NCBI GenBank assembly: GCA_964424305.1
Contig: CAYRHW010000002.1
Location: forward strand, 2,115-66,114
Direction of reading: 5' to 3'
Length of the DNA: 64,000 bases
Source: an uncultured Candidatus Saccharibacteria bacterium
GTDB taxonomy: Bacteria > Patescibacteriota > Minisyncoccia > Minisyncoccales > Staskawiczbacteraceae
In this document: positions 11,594-23,500 of the stretch, piece after piece
Numbering within the stretch: position 1 is the first letter of the stretch
Layout: every line of letters begins with the position of its first letter
Position numbers and translations under genes: made by a program
The notes under the pieces: generated by a model
Told to the model about the DNA's origin: nothing
The model's database searches: none
What the model saw: only the letters and a program-made list of their open reading frames with translations

Positions 11594-11620
11594 AAAAAAA
11601 GAGGCTGGCGGAGACCAACC
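11594..11620 (-). terminator. rho-independent terminator downstream of sigma-like paralog A (GGUUGG-ucuccg-CCAGCC + U7)
   Basis: The hairpin lies immediately after the stop codon. The same stem, with a different loop, occurs after paralog B. Confidence 0.55.
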
Positions 11621-12724
11621 CTAGATTCTTTGCATAGCAGGAAGATTATGACAATCCTCGAAAGCTTTTCTAATCTTGCCTAAAGCACTATCCAAAACTT
11701 GGCGCGCTCGCTCGGTCGAAAATCCGAGTTTTTCACCAAGTTCAGCAAAGGTCATGCCATCCTTAAAACGATGCCCTATTAACAGGCGCTCGTTTTCTGT
11801 TAAATTGGCGCTGGTAACAGCCTCTCCCAAAACTTCAAGACATGTAGCGCACTGTTGGTCCCTTACTTTGTCACGAAAGGCAACAATCTGAGGACTTAGG
11901 GATTCCATATCTTCTGTCGGAACAATTTTGCTCTGACAACGTGCAACTTTCCCCGCATCTCTGTTTATCTGAGATATAATCGCCCTGCAAGCATAGGTCG
12001 AAAACTTGTTCCCCCTGTTTGCCTCGAACTTGTTAATGGCTCTGAAAAGGGCTTCATTTCCGGCCGAAATAGTTTCTTGAATGTCTGTAATCGGGTACTT
12101 GGAATATCCAATCATTGTCATAACAAGCGGCATATTGGCAGCTGCTATGAATTCTCTAATGCGAACCATTCTTTGGAACCAAAAAGTTATTTTCCTGGCT
12201 TGTGCTAGCGGAGGCACTTCACCATTCAAGCCTTTCGTCAAATCAAATAAACGGAATCGGCAATAGTTATAGCCACGAAACATTTCTTGTTCGTGCTTCC
12301 TTACAAATTTTCTTGCCAGCAGATTATCTTCGCTTTGACCGGCGTCATCATCCTCTGGCAAAAACACATATTGAGGGACTGTCCGTTCGTCTAACTCTCG
12401 GAAAAGAGCGGAGACTTCTTTCTCGAATCCGGGCTTTGTAAACAACTTGTCTTTCATTACTTCGACGGGCTCTCTTTTTGCCCGCTGTAGCAAATCAAGC
12501 TCTTCGGCCGTTAACGGACGAGTTTTTCTTTTCCGTTTCGCCCTCGAAAGAAAAACCCTTCTTCCGATACGACGAAGTTCCTCAATCATTCTTAAGCACT
12601 CATCAATTTCCCGCATCAGATAATTGCTCTTTCTTTCCACGGTTATCTCCCTTCCTTGGTTGTCAAAAAGCGGAGTACCCGGACCCCATAGGGTTACCGG
12701 GTCCTTTGGTTTGCATTTTACCAA
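11621..12724 (-). CDS. divergent sigma-70-family protein, paralog A (regions 2 and 4 recognisable, basic N-terminal region). The start codon appears to be TTG.
   Basis: Region 2 is recognisable in LVMTMIGYSKYPITDIQETISAGNEALFRAINKFEANRGNKFSTYACRAI, by comparison with rpoD's [21 protein letters not shown] region-4 HTH is present (LTENERLLIGHRFKDGMTFAELGEKLGFSTERARQVLDSALGKIRKAF). GC content is clearly above its surroundings. Confidence 0.7.
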   Translation of the reverse strand: MVKCKPKDPVTLWGPGTPLFDNQGREITVERKSNYLMREIDECLRMIEELRRIGRRVFLSRAKRKRKTRPLTAEELDLLQRAKREPVEVMKDKLFTKPGFEKEVSALFRELDERTVPQYVFLPEDDDAGQSEDNLLARKFVRKHEQEMFRGYNYCRFRLFDLTKGLNGEVPPLAQARKITFWFQRMVRIREFIAAANMPLVMTMIGYSKYPITDIQETISAGNEALFRAINKFEANRGNKFSTYACRAIISQINRDAGKVARCQSKIVPTEDMESLSPQIVAFRDKVRDQQCATCLEVLGEAVTSANLTENERLLIGHRFKDGMTFAELGEKLGFSTERARQVLDSALGKIRKAFEDCHNLPAMQRI

Positions 12725-12742
12725 AACCCAAAAGTTAAAATA

Positions 12743-12771
12743 ATAATATTATTAAAACACAGCAATGTCAA
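12743..12771 (-). promoter_or_regulatory. putative sigma-70-type promoter for paralog A (-35 TTGACA, 17 bp, -10 TATTAT)
   Basis: A perfect -35 and a good -10 lie directly downstream of the paralog B terminator. The -10 is only about 19 nt from the annotated TTG start, so the true start may lie further in. Confidence 0.4.
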
Positions 12772-12776
12772 AAGTG

Positions 12777-12804
12777 TAAAAAAAGAGGCTGGCATCGAAC
12801 CAAC
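12777..12804 (-). terminator. rho-independent terminator downstream of sigma-like paralog B (GGUUGG-uucgaug-CCAGCC + U7)
   Basis: This is the second copy of the conserved AAAAAAAGAGGCTGGC..GAACCAACCCT element, seen on the plus strand. Confidence 0.55.
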
Positions 12805-12811
12805 CCTATTC

Positions 12812-13792
12812 TCACGTTTTATGTCCTTTTTTATTTTCAACTTTCACGGTAAGACCATAATACCTTTTCAAAACTTCTGCTATGCTAGAAAAAGCAATGC
12901 TTAATATGTATCGCACACCTTCTTTAGTACACCCGATTTTTTTAGCTATCGCGGCAAGATCCCTTTCTTGGCATCCAAATCCAAAACGGAGCTTAACCGC
13001 CATTTTTTGTTGAGCAGATAAGCCGGCGTGCGTATCTATTATTTCTCTCATGTGTTCCAGAAGAGACTCCAGTCTTTGATCACGTATAGCATCAACAGAT
13101 CCTGCCGCGATAAAATCTAGGACGTCATCATCGCCCGCTGGTCTGTATCTTGCTAACTGTCGCTGCTCTTTGGCGCGATAAGAACCAATCCTGTGCAATA
13201 TCGCCCTGCATGCATAAGTAGAAAATTTAAATCCCCGAGTCACATCGAACTTATCAATTGCGCTAAGAAGAGCTTGGTTCCCGTTGGAAACAGCCACAGG
13301 AATTTCCGGAAGCTTCATTCCCCTGACCTTAGAAACCATTTTCTTCACCAACTGCTGATGAACATTGAAAAGGAATTCTCGCATTCTGCGCAATAGATTA
13401 AACCAGTTGATTATTTCTCTGGTCTTCTCGGTCGGAATCTGTTGGCCGTTAACTCCTTCCATGAGTTTGGCCATACGATACCGACAGTAGTTAAGACCCA
13501 AGAAAAATTCTATTTCGTTGGCTATCGCAAAAACTCTGGCCTCAACGTCTTTCGGGCTTTGTTCTTGGCTTATTTCGCTAAAAAGGGACGCACCTGGCAT
13601 TGGTTGATGTTCAAAAATTCCCAAAAACCTCAAAAACTCTTCGTGGAATCCGGGATCATCAAACTTTTCGCTAATCATATATTCCAGCGGCTCTTTCCTG
13701 GCTGACTTAAACATTTTGGCCTCGCGGGCAGTTATTTTTTTGACCTTGCGTTTGCCTCCCCGTCGGGAGGACGCATCGCTTTTCTTCGCCAT
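12812..13792 (-). CDS. divergent sigma-70-family protein, paralog B
   Basis: Region 2 is recognisable (KFDVTRGFKFSTYACRAILHRI). A region-4 HTH is present (LSAQQKMAVKLRFGFGCQERDLAAIAKKIGCTKEGVRYILSIA). The N-terminal half aligns with paralog A (AKREPVEVMKDKLFTKPGFEKE vs ARKEPLEYMISEKFDDPGFHEE; YNYCRFRL vs LNYCRYRM). The gene is GC-richer than its flanks. Confidence 0.7.
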   Translation of the reverse strand: MAKKSDASSRRGGKRKVKKITAREAKMFKSARKEPLEYMISEKFDDPGFHEEFLRFLGIFEHQPMPGASLFSEISQEQSPKDVEARVFAIANEIEFFLGLNYCRYRMAKLMEGVNGQQIPTEKTREIINWFNLLRRMREFLFNVHQQLVKKMVSKVRGMKLPEIPVAVSNGNQALLSAIDKFDVTRGFKFSTYACRAILHRIGSYRAKEQRQLARYRPAGDDDVLDFIAAGSVDAIRDQRLESLLEHMREIIDTHAGLSAQQKMAVKLRFGFGCQERDLAAIAKKIGCTKEGVRYILSIAFSSIAEVLKRYYGLTVKVENKKGHKT

Positions 13793-13851
13793 GGCTTGCC
13801 TCCCTTCTTTGTTTGTAAAAGAACTTTAGCCCGTTTACGGGCAATTTGTTT

Positions 13852-16665
13852 TTAAATCTCTTCTTTCAAAAACTTTCCTGTATGACTTTTGGAAGACTTA
13901 GCAATATCCTTTGGGGTACCCTCTGCTACAATTTCACCCCCTCCTTCCCCGCCCTCTGGTCCCATATCTATAACCCAATCGGAGTTTTTTATAAAATCAA
14001 CATTGTGCTCAACAGCAATTACTGTATTTCCCTTAGCTACTAATTCTTTTAGCACAAACAACAATCTTTTAACATCGTCAGGATGCAAACCAGTTGTTGG
14101 TTCATCTAAAATATACAAAGTCTTCCCGGTTGTCTTGCGAGACAGCTCAGTAGCTAGTTTTACCCTCTGGGCCTCGCCTCCAGAAAGAGAAGGAGCTGGC
14201 TGGCCAATCTCCATATATGGGAGTCCGACTTCTTTTAGAGTTTTGAATTTAGAATAAAGCCCGGGAATGTTCTTAAAGAATTCGGCACCTTCTTCAATGG
14301 TCATATCCAACACTTCGGCAATATTCTTTCCCTTATATTCAATCGATAAAACCTCTTTATTATATCTCTGCCCCCGACACTCCGGGCATTCGACATAGAT
14401 ATCTGGCAAGAAATACATTTCCACCCTATTTTGCCCTTGGCCCTCGCAAGCCTCGCATCTGCCACCCTTAACATTAAAAGAAAACCTTCCCGCGCCGTAA
14501 CCCCTAATCTTAGCTTCTTTGGTACGAGTGAAAATATCTCGGATGTAGGCAAAGGCACCGGTATAGGTGGCGGGATTTGATCTTGGGGTTCTACCGATAG
14601 CCGATTGATCTACCAAGACCACCTTGTTCAAATGTTCAATCCCTTTTATCTCCCCGTGTTTACCCGGTTCATCCTTTGCCCGGTAAAATCTTTTTAACAA
14701 AGACTTGGCTAAAATGTCATCAACCAAGGAAGATTTTCCGGAGCCAGAGACACCGGTGACACAGATAAACTTCCCTAAAGGGAAATTTACATCAATATTT
14801 TTTAAATTATGCTCCTGGGCCCCCTTGATTACTAGGTATTCTTGTTTCCCATTCTCCTTCTTTCTCAATGTTGGCGAATTAACCTGTTTTTTACCCGATA
14901 AATACTCACCCGTTAATGTATGAGATTTTAAAAGTTGAGCTGGGGTACCTTTAAATATGACCTTGCCACCGTGCTTACCTGCACCGGGCCCAATGTCCAC
15001 AACCCAATCGGCCGAAAGAATTGTTTGAGGATCGTGCTCACAGAGAATTACTGTATTACCTAGATCCCTTAATTTCTTCAATGTTTCAATCAGCTTATGT
15101 TGATCTCTAGGGTGAAGTCCAATTGACGGTTCGTCTAAGATGTATAGAACCCCGGATAGTCTAGATCCAATTTGAGTGGCTAATCTTATCCTCTGCTCCT
15201 CTCCACCAGCCAGAGTTAGAGCTTTTCTGCCCAAGGCTAAATAGCCCAGACCAACATCGATTAGGAATTCGATGCGATTAATAATTTCTTTGATGATTGG
15301 CTGGGCGATTCTAAGATCAGCGCTGCTAATACTTTTGTGGCCAACAAGATGATCAAAAAATTCTTTTGTATTTGAAACCGGCATTTCTGAAATCTGATTG
15401 ATAGATTTTTCTCCCACGGTTACTGCCAGAACTTCCGGCTTCAATCTTTTCCCCAAACAAGATGGGCACTCTTTAATAACCATGTACTGCTCAATCTCCT
15501 GGCGGGTCCAATCCGAATCCGTTTCGTGATACCTTCTTTCTAAATTTGGCATTACTCCCTCAAAACCCAAACCATCACCATGCAAAATTACCTTAACTAT
15601 CTTGGGATCTAAATTTTTAAATTCCTCATCCAAAGAAAACTTATATTTTTCAGCTAATTCCGATAGCCTAACCCAGTAGTAGCTTTGCCTGCCCACCTTA
15701 TGGGAAGCTCGCATCCATGGCCAGATAGCGCCCTCGGCGATAGTTAGATTTTTATTGGGAATTACTAAATCCGGATCAACCTCCAATTTCTCCCCAAGAC
15801 CAGTACACTCGGAACAGGCCCCGTAGGGGTTGTTAAAGGAAAACAATCTCGGTTCTAATTCTGACAAAGAAACACCGCACTCTTCGCAGGCGAAATGCTT
15901 AGAGAAAACTAAATCTTTACTTTCCTTATTCCCTTTGATTTTTTGACTCACAACCAACATGCCCCTTCCCAACTTCAAACCAGTCTCAACGGAATCTGTT
16001 ATCCTTATTCTATCTGGACTCTTATCTAAAACTAATCTATCAATCACTACTTCGATGTTGTGTTTTTTATTCTTATCTAAAGCTTTCTCTACCACCTCTT
16101 CCATTTTGTAAACTATTCCATCCAATCTCAATCTAACAAACCCGCCCCTTTGGGCCTCTTCTATCAAGCCATGGTGCTCTCCCTTCTTACCGCGAGCAAT
16201 GGGACCCAGGATGATAATCTCTGAACCTTTTTCTAAATTTAAAATCTGATCAACAATTTGATCCACAGTAACCTTACTGATGGGTTTTTTACATTTTGGA
16301 CAATGAGGTTTACCAACTCTTGCAAATAAAAGACGGAGGTAGTCATAGATCTCTGTAATGGTGCCGACAGTGGATCTTGGATTATGGGAACCTTTTCTTT
16401 GATCAATGGAGATGGCGGGCGAGATGCCCTCTATTTTATCTACGTCGGGTTTATCCATCACACCCAAAAACTGCCGCGCATAGGCTGACAAACTTTCGAC
16501 ATACCTTCTCTGCCCTTCGGCGTATAGGGTATCAAACGCTAAAGAAGATTTTCCAGAACCAGATAGACCAGTAAAAACAACCAACTTATTCTTGGGAATG
16601 TCTAAATCGATGTTTTTTAGATTATGAACCCGCGCACCCCTAATTTTTATGAAATTATCGGCCAT
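13852..16665 (-). CDS. uvrA: excinuclease ABC subunit A
   Basis: There are two ABC ATPase modules ([20 protein letters not shown]) and Cys4 zinc fingers. Length is 937 aa. Confidence 0.95.
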   Translation of the reverse strand: MADNFIKIRGARVHNLKNIDLDIPKNKLVVFTGLSGSGKSSLAFDTLYAEGQRRYVESLSAYARQFLGVMDKPDVDKIEGISPAISIDQRKGSHNPRSTVGTITEIYDYLRLLFARVGKPHCPKCKKPISKVTVDQIVDQILNLEKGSEIIILGPIARGKKGEHHGLIEEAQRGGFVRLRLDGIVYKMEEVVEKALDKNKKHNIEVVIDRLVLDKSPDRIRITDSVETGLKLGRGMLVVSQKIKGNKESKDLVFSKHFACEECGVSLSELEPRLFSFNNPYGACSECTGLGEKLEVDPDLVIPNKNLTIAEGAIWPWMRASHKVGRQSYYWVRLSELAEKYKFSLDEEFKNLDPKIVKVILHGDGLGFEGVMPNLERRYHETDSDWTRQEIEQYMVIKECPSCLGKRLKPEVLAVTVGEKSINQISEMPVSNTKEFFDHLVGHKSISSADLRIAQPIIKEIINRIEFLIDVGLGYLALGRKALTLAGGEEQRIRLATQIGSRLSGVLYILDEPSIGLHPRDQHKLIETLKKLRDLGNTVILCEHDPQTILSADWVVDIGPGAGKHGGKVIFKGTPAQLLKSHTLTGEYLSGKKQVNSPTLRKKENGKQEYLVIKGAQEHNLKNIDVNFPLGKFICVTGVSGSGKSSLVDDILAKSLLKRFYRAKDEPGKHGEIKGIEHLNKVVLVDQSAIGRTPRSNPATYTGAFAYIRDIFTRTKEAKIRGYGAGRFSFNVKGGRCEACEGQGQNRVEMYFLPDIYVECPECRGQRYNKEVLSIEYKGKNIAEVLDMTIEEGAEFFKNIPGLYSKFKTLKEVGLPYMEIGQPAPSLSGGEAQRVKLATELSRKTTGKTLYILDEPTTGLHPDDVKRLLFVLKELVAKGNTVIAVEHNVDFIKNSDWVIDMGPEGGEGGGEIVAEGTPKDIAKSSKSHTGKFLKEEI

Positions 16666-16812
16666 AGGCTATAATTTAAGTAGGTTATTATACCAATCAT
16701 TAGAATAAATATCAAGAGTGGCCGGAGGATGCCAGATGTCCCACCAACCTATCTTGCACCAAAAAAGCAGCGTTCCCACCGCTTTAATTCACCCCGTGTC
16801 TCTAAATGTCCT

Positions 16813-17187
16813 TTAGTAATTGACCCTATTTATTAACAGGTCTAAAAGAGTTTTTAGTTCTACTTGAGCCTCTACCTCGTTATTGGAGTTAACAAACTTC
16901 TGCCACTGATCAAAAATTGGCTTGCTATTTATATCTCTTATGGCGTTCTCCAGTACGAGTCTGTCATCAAAAGAAACCTCCCCACCAGCATTTAAAATCT
17001 TTTCACAAAATATCTTAGTAAAGTTTATAACCTTCTCATTAAGTTGGTATGCCAAAAGTGTACTCTGAGTGACCCTTACTCTTTCTAGAGAAGCAAGATA
17101 CTGACCAATAAAAACACCGTCCATTAAAAGAAGAATAATAATTATTAGAAAAAGGAGTCTATCTTTTGGTATTTGCATATGTAACAA
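16813..17187 (-). CDS. small membrane-anchored protein, giant-protein-associated family (copy 1b)
   Basis: There is an N-terminal TM helix and the conserved motif FTKIF...SFDDRLVLENAIRD...IFDQWQKF...LLDLLINRVNY. It is a paralog of 17188..17547 and 30687..31055. Confidence 0.6.
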   Translation of the reverse strand: MLHMQIPKDRLLFLIIIILLLMDGVFIGQYLASLERVRVTQSTLLAYQLNEKVINFTKIFCEKILNAGGEVSFDDRLVLENAIRDINSKPIFDQWQKFVNSNNEVEAQVELKTLLDLLINRVNY

Positions 17188-17547
17188 CTATTGATTTATT
17201 TTCTCCAACAACAATTGGAGTAAATTCTTGGCCTCTCCCCCCACCTCTTGGTCAGGTGCTTTGGTAAATTTTTGCCACTGCAAAAATATATCGTTGTCCT
17301 TGGTCCCCCTGACCGCGTTCTCCAGTGCGAGCCGATCCTCGAAGGATATGTTTCCGTCTGTTTTCAATACCAAAGTAACAAACATTTTCGTAAACCCTAT
17401 AACCCCTTCATTATACCTATAGGTATTCACTTTTTGGGTTAGAGATTTAGCGTTTGACCACAATATGCAATTTCCCACAGCAGAAAACATTAAAACCATC
17501 AAAAGTATAATTGTTATAATTAAAAGTATTAATGATTTTCTGGCCAT
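17188..17547 (-). CDS. small membrane-anchored protein, giant-protein-associated family (copy 1a)
   Basis: There is an N-terminal TM helix and FTKMF...SFEDRLALENAVRG...WQKF...LLQLLLEKINQ. It starts 3 bp after the giant gene's stop. Confidence 0.6.
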   Translation of the reverse strand: MARKSLILLIITIILLMVLMFSAVGNCILWSNAKSLTQKVNTYRYNEGVIGFTKMFVTLVLKTDGNISFEDRLALENAVRGTKDNDIFLQWQKFTKAPDQEVGGEAKNLLQLLLEKINQ

Positions 17548-17549
17548 GG

Positions 17550-20500
17550 CTATGGGGTATTTTTACCCTTTTTATTAATTAATTCCCTAATCCTGTCTCG
17601 GTAAAAATTAATCGCAAGTAAAATAACGATGACCAGGATAATACCGGCCTTCCAGTCAAAATATCTGAGCAACCAGAAACTCTTTTCTAGCCCAATGTTC
17701 TGATGAATTTCATTTCCCCAAACAACCTCAATGCTTTCCCCCCTGTAGGGGCTATAACCCTTGGCCTCAACCAATAATTGATATGTTCCCTGTGGCGCCA
17801 AGAAGGCGTAACGACCAGTATCGTCGGTGATTTGGGGGTTTATCTGCTGATAATTCTTAGCTGGCCATAATTCATATTCTCTAGTTTCTGGATTTAACCA
17901 GAACAACGATGCCTTAGCACCCTCAATTCTCATTTTTCCTTGGCTTGTTTGGTAATAGATGTAACCTTCTGGGTCAATAACAGTTACTAACTTTAATTCT
18001 TTCGGAAGCAACTTAATATTATTATATTCCATAACACTTATTATCTCGTACTCTCCGTCAACAACGGGCATTGATACATTCGCCGTCCAAATTCCATCGC
18101 CATCAGCGTCTTCGTAATAGAACTCTTTAACAACAAGGGCCTGCTCTAGATTCTCTCCTCCGTCGGTTAACGCTGGAGACAGCAAAGAAGCAGCTGTTTT
18201 TTTAAGAATACTTTCCGTTGTTTCCTTCTTCCCTTTCTGCTTAAATATTAAATAACCTTTAATAGTTTTTACGGATCCCTCCGGCTTAATAATCAGCTGA
18301 ACATCCTTCCCAGCCATAACGCTTACTTTTTGCTGAATTTCTCCCTGGTCGCCCATGGTAATCGAAGTCTCCTTATCAACTGTTCCACTGCCACTTCTGA
18401 CAAATAGAATGTCTGTTGGTACCCTCTCTTTTAATTGCAGGGTGAGATGATCTAGAGAGACTCCTTGGGGAAGAGTGAAGTCTTTGGGATCCACTAATGG
18501 ACTACCGAGCCCACTTAACCGAACATTCTGCTCAATGGCCTGAGAAAGTCCAGACAAAGATAAACTATTGCCATATAGCTTCTCCACATCAGTTATCTTT
18601 GTTATCCCAATTTCCGTCAAAGCTTTGTCTAACTGCGGAAACTTCCCAGCCAAAACTCTTAATTCTTTTGGTAGGGGTTGCAAAACAAACCTTTCAATTG
18701 ATTTTGTCGGCATTGTATCCCAAATGTTAGACAAAGCATCGGGTGCTTTTTGAGGAACCACTTCCTCTACTGGGGGCTGGGGCGGTATCGGTGGCTCTAT
18801 GGGTGTTATGGGTGGAGTCGGAGGATTAATAATATCAATTATTGGAGTAAGAATATTCGGTATCCGGTAATTAATGGTGGCGGTTATTGTGTCAGATGAA
18901 ACCCCGTAGGTAGTAAAGAATTTAACATAAACAGTCTTTTGGCCCTGGCCATCAGATAATCTCCATTGCTTTGTAATTGCGTAGGATTCTTGTATCGCAT
19001 TGGTGAAATTAGGATCATTGGACACAGACATTCTAAATGTATCAGAGCTACCCCTAAGGGTAAGAGCAACATCCTGGGTGTTAGTAGTCATGGCCCCATT
19101 ATTTATCTGGACCAGGAATCCTGTTAAAGGAGCTGATGGAGGAAGGTAGGCTCCGACCGGGAGACTTCCTCCCCCAGGACAGCCAGCGGTTGTGACTGAA
19201 GAGGTAGACATTGCTGTTTCTGCGCCACCATTCTTCGCCTTAACTGTGAACGTGTAAGAAGTATTGCAAACCAAACCAGAGGAAATCCATGTGGTTGTTG
19301 TTATCCATCCAGAGTTAGTAGAGTCAGTTGTATTTTCGCCATAATATTCGGTGCCCGTTGGGTTAGAATACGCTGTCCAAGTTACTGTGATCTGACTAGC
19401 AGAATCGGCCACCAAAGAAAGAGTAGGTGGAGTAACATCAATATTAATGTCATAGGCTGAGGCCGTTGTTGCAGAGTTCCCGGCAACATCTTCTCCATAT
19501 AGACAGATATACTTCGTATTGTTATCTACGGTGGTCTGATTTATTGAATCAGAATCAGTTTTAGAATAACTTCCGGCAGAAACAGGACAAACTCCATCAG
19601 CATCATATTCCCACTTCTTTACTGAGGCATCCCCCCAACTGCCTGTGACAGTATCTGAAATAACAGGACCCGCTGCAACGTTGTTAGAGAAAGAAAGAGT
19701 TGGACCAGTAGTATCAATAACCAAAGCCTTATTAGCACCCAAAGAATTAGTAGATCCCGGCGAAGCTAGCGTTAATATGGCATTATTCCCCACCGCATCT
19801 TTAATGGTGCCACCGTTGAGAACCAGGGCTGTTGTTGAAGTATAATCAAGGTCAGTAGAGGCGTTACCGGAAGCCACCGTGTAATTAAACGTAATCGTAT
19901 TTGTACCCGAGCCAGATAAATAATCTACTGCTGTGGTCGACGGGCTTGAAGTTGATAAAATTAATTGAGGGATCCCGCTGACAATAACATCTTCACTGAA
20001 ACTTACCTGGACTGGAACTATTTGGTTAATCGTGTAGTTACCATTATCAAGGGGAGATGTGACCCCGGAAACAGTGGGAGCAGTGTTATCCAAAACTGCA
20101 GACACTGTTGTAACAGAACTTGGATTTCCGACCGGGTCTATTGCCTGAACGTGGATATAGTATGTGCCGTTTCCCGAAGATTGAGTTACGGTGATAGTGG
20201 AATCATAGCTTCCCGAAGGCGAACTTCCTATAGTTTGGTCAACTAAATAACGGAAAGTGGCGGTGCCGTCGCTTGAACTCCATGTCCATGTCTTGCTCTT
20301 TGCCGGCGTACTATCATCACTAAGTCCGGTGATATTCGGAGCAGTGTTATCAACTGTAAATGCCGTGCTTGGTCCTGCACCAAGAGAAGTGTTCCCGGCG
20401 TTGTCTGAAGCAGTGGCAGCTGCAATTGAAATACCAAGGGTGCCGTCTCCGGTAATGGAAGATATGGTAACCGTTCTTGTTGCTGTTCCAGAACCAGAAA

Positions 20501-23500
20501 CAGCAACACTTCCGTCTGCGCTTCCGGTTTTATTTAAGGTTACATTCCCTGCCACCAAACTAATCGAATCTGCTCCGCCATAAGTTATCGTATAAGTAAT
20601 TGGACCTGTGTTGGTTAAACTTGCCGATGGGGCACCGATTGAATTTGTCGGCGCGGTGATATCGTATAAAATATTATTTGCGCTATAGTAAGCCGTGGAA
20701 TTATTTGCCACGTCTTTGCATTCCAGTTTCATACAATAGTAATGGCCGTCTGTTCCGATAAAACTTGCCGAATGAGTCGTGCTCCATGTTGTTATAATTG
20801 TGTAAGATTTTCCACTGCAACCGGTGCCCGGCGAAGTTCCGACATCTGAATAAGAAATCTGATATGGCGCGGCGTTCAATCCAGAGCCCGAGTCAGTACA
20901 GGTTCCAACATTTGCAATATCAACCGTGGGAGCCGAATTGTCATAAATCAAAGTCGCAGGACTCACGCCCGGAGGACTTACCAAACTCGGCGGAGTGGTA
21001 TCAAAATCCCAATTTGTGTTACTTCCTGGCACTAAATCCGTACAGCCCGACGGAATAATGTGATTTGTTTTTGCATAAGAATAAGAAACAATTGCGTTAG
21101 TTACGGTCGTGGACGCCGGCGCCAAAATATACCAGGTTACAGCCGCAGAACTTGGAGCCAAAGTAATATTATTTGTTCCTGCTCCACCGGAAATATTTAA
21201 AGTTGTAGAAATCGTGTGCGGAGAAGCAAGCGATGCAGCAGCAAATTTTAATGTACTTGCATTTGTAATATCATTCAAAATTGCTGTCTGCAATTGGTCA
21301 GCAAAAGTCACTCCGCCCGATGAAGCATTTGTTACGGTTAAAATATTAAAAAGTTGTCCATTGGATGTGATATTCTGCGTGCCCGTACCATTGAATGTGA
21401 CGGCGGATGTACCCGGAGTAATACCAATTTTGGTCGTATCCCAGTCGCCCTTTATAGATATATTCGTGGCGCCGAGATTGGCTGTATTAATGGTGTTGTC
21501 ACCATATACGGCGGAGAAACTGCCGTTAATGGTTATTGCGGGCGTCCCGGTTGAGAGGTCCAGTTTACCAATATCAGTGCCGGTACCCGAAGCTAATTTC
21601 AGATTGTTCACAGTTAACGAGTTGCCTCCGGTATTTAAGGTCATCGGTGATATGCTTCCTTGAGAATTCCAATAACCCACATAAAGATCTCCGGCTAAAT
21701 TCCAATTCCCTGTCATTGTTATGGTTTTCGCGGTTGCCCCATATGACTGGAAATATACCCTGCCTGTGCCATCCCTTGTTAGTGCAGGAAGATTCACATT
21801 TGCCGATGGCGTTATCAACAAACCCGCGTTACCTTTCAGTGTTGTCGCAATATTTACAAAATTATCAACCCCACCAGTTAAATTTGTGGCGTTATCCAAG
21901 GTCAGCGTCGCGCCACTAACGGTTAAAGTACCCACACCAGAGGTTCCTACGTTAAGAGTCGTAGTAGTTGTGTAGGTGCCCGATCCAGTTATACTAAGAT
22001 TTATAAAATTATTGTTCGCGCCTGGGGATAAATTGCCGGTCCCCGTAAGATATACGGTACCGCTCGTTGGTGTGAACGTGCCAGCGCTCGAATCCCAGTT
22101 GCCGCTGGCTGTAATTTTAGAATTGCCCGAGCACGTGACTGTACCGCCCGTGCCAATTGTCATGTCTGCTGTTGTCCAACCGTTGACTGCCGAGGTGCCA
22201 ATGGTTACTGTTCCGCCGGTGACGGTTGAGTTACCAGTAACAGCTAAATCTTTATTTCCAATTGCAAGAGTGCCTCCACTGGCAGTTAAGCTTCCGCCCA
22301 CTGATATGTTAGCTGAGCCGGCGATGGCGGTTCCATTTGAATTAATAAGATTGCCGGCCGCGGAAAGAGAATTTGTGGATTCTGCGCCAATAGATTTTAC
22401 AAAGTGCCCGCTTCCCATGGTCTGGTCGGACTGGTTATTGTATTCGGTCAAAACCCAACCGGTTGAACGGGCGGTGGTTGAAACACGGAACTCATCAAGG
22501 ATACCATTTAAAAATCCGTTGCCTCCACCTACAGCAGCGCCGTATCGTCCTACATAGAATGTTTGAGACGAATCCGATCCTGATGTCCCAACTCCGGTAT
22601 TGGCGCTACTTACAGCCTGAGAAACTCCGTTAACATATATTGTCATTGTTGGATTAATAGAATGCGTATCTCCCTCTATAACAACATATGACCACGCACC
22701 GGTTGAAGGGGCCGTGATCTGCTTTCTTGCGTTCGTAGTTGCTCGCTCAGTAGTAAATCGCAAAAGTGGCCCCGTTTCAAATGAAATCCACCATCCAGGG
22801 CTCACTGTATTGCCATCATTCCTGGCAGCGATAGTCCCAGAAGTATTCGTAGTTGGGTTTATCCAAAAAGACCACGCAACAGATCCACTGCCGCTAGTAT
22901 TAACTAAGTCAGCAATTGACGAGCCTGTCCCCATGTTAATATATTGTGAACTTGACGAAACAAAATTGCCCCCGCCGTCGATTTCTCCTGGTGTAGCTGT
23001 GGCGCCGCTGACAGTTCCGTTGTTTACACCCAAAGAATCATTTGCTGTTAATGATGTGCCGTTTGGTAAATGATAAACTGCGGTATACCCATTACTCCAC
23101 ACCCCGGTTGCATTCTGCTGGCTGGCGCAAGTGGGGTTTCCGTAGTTCATATATAGCGTGGTGTCAGCGGTAGATGAAAGAGTTGGCACCTTCACCCATA
23201 CATATGCTGTGTCGCTTGACCCGCCCCTAGAATAATATTCAATTTCGTGAGTCAGTCTTGTTCCGCTGGCATCCATAAATACTAAATCCTGGCCCGCTGA
23301 TTGGGCGTGCGCGTAAAGGTCGGCGTCGCCGTTTATATATAGAAGGACGGGGAAGTTTGTCTGGTCGCTTGATACTTTGGTGTAGTCAATGGTGACGGCT
23401 TTCTTATAAGCCCAGCTGTAAAGCGTGCTACTGCCCGAGTGAGTAAAGTTATTAAAAGAACTTGAGCCAAGAGAAACGTCTTGCGTGCCAGACCCATTAA

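Noticed and set aside
11530-11620. CIRCE/HrcA operator upstream of groES
   Set aside because: No TTAGCACTC-N9-GAGTGCTAA-like inverted repeat is present. Only a sigma-70-type promoter was seen.
13812-13842. GCCCG-UUUA-CGGGC hairpin after uvrA as a terminator
   Set aside because: On the uvrA (minus) strand the hairpin is not followed by a contiguous U tract. It may still act weakly, but there is insufficient support to call it.
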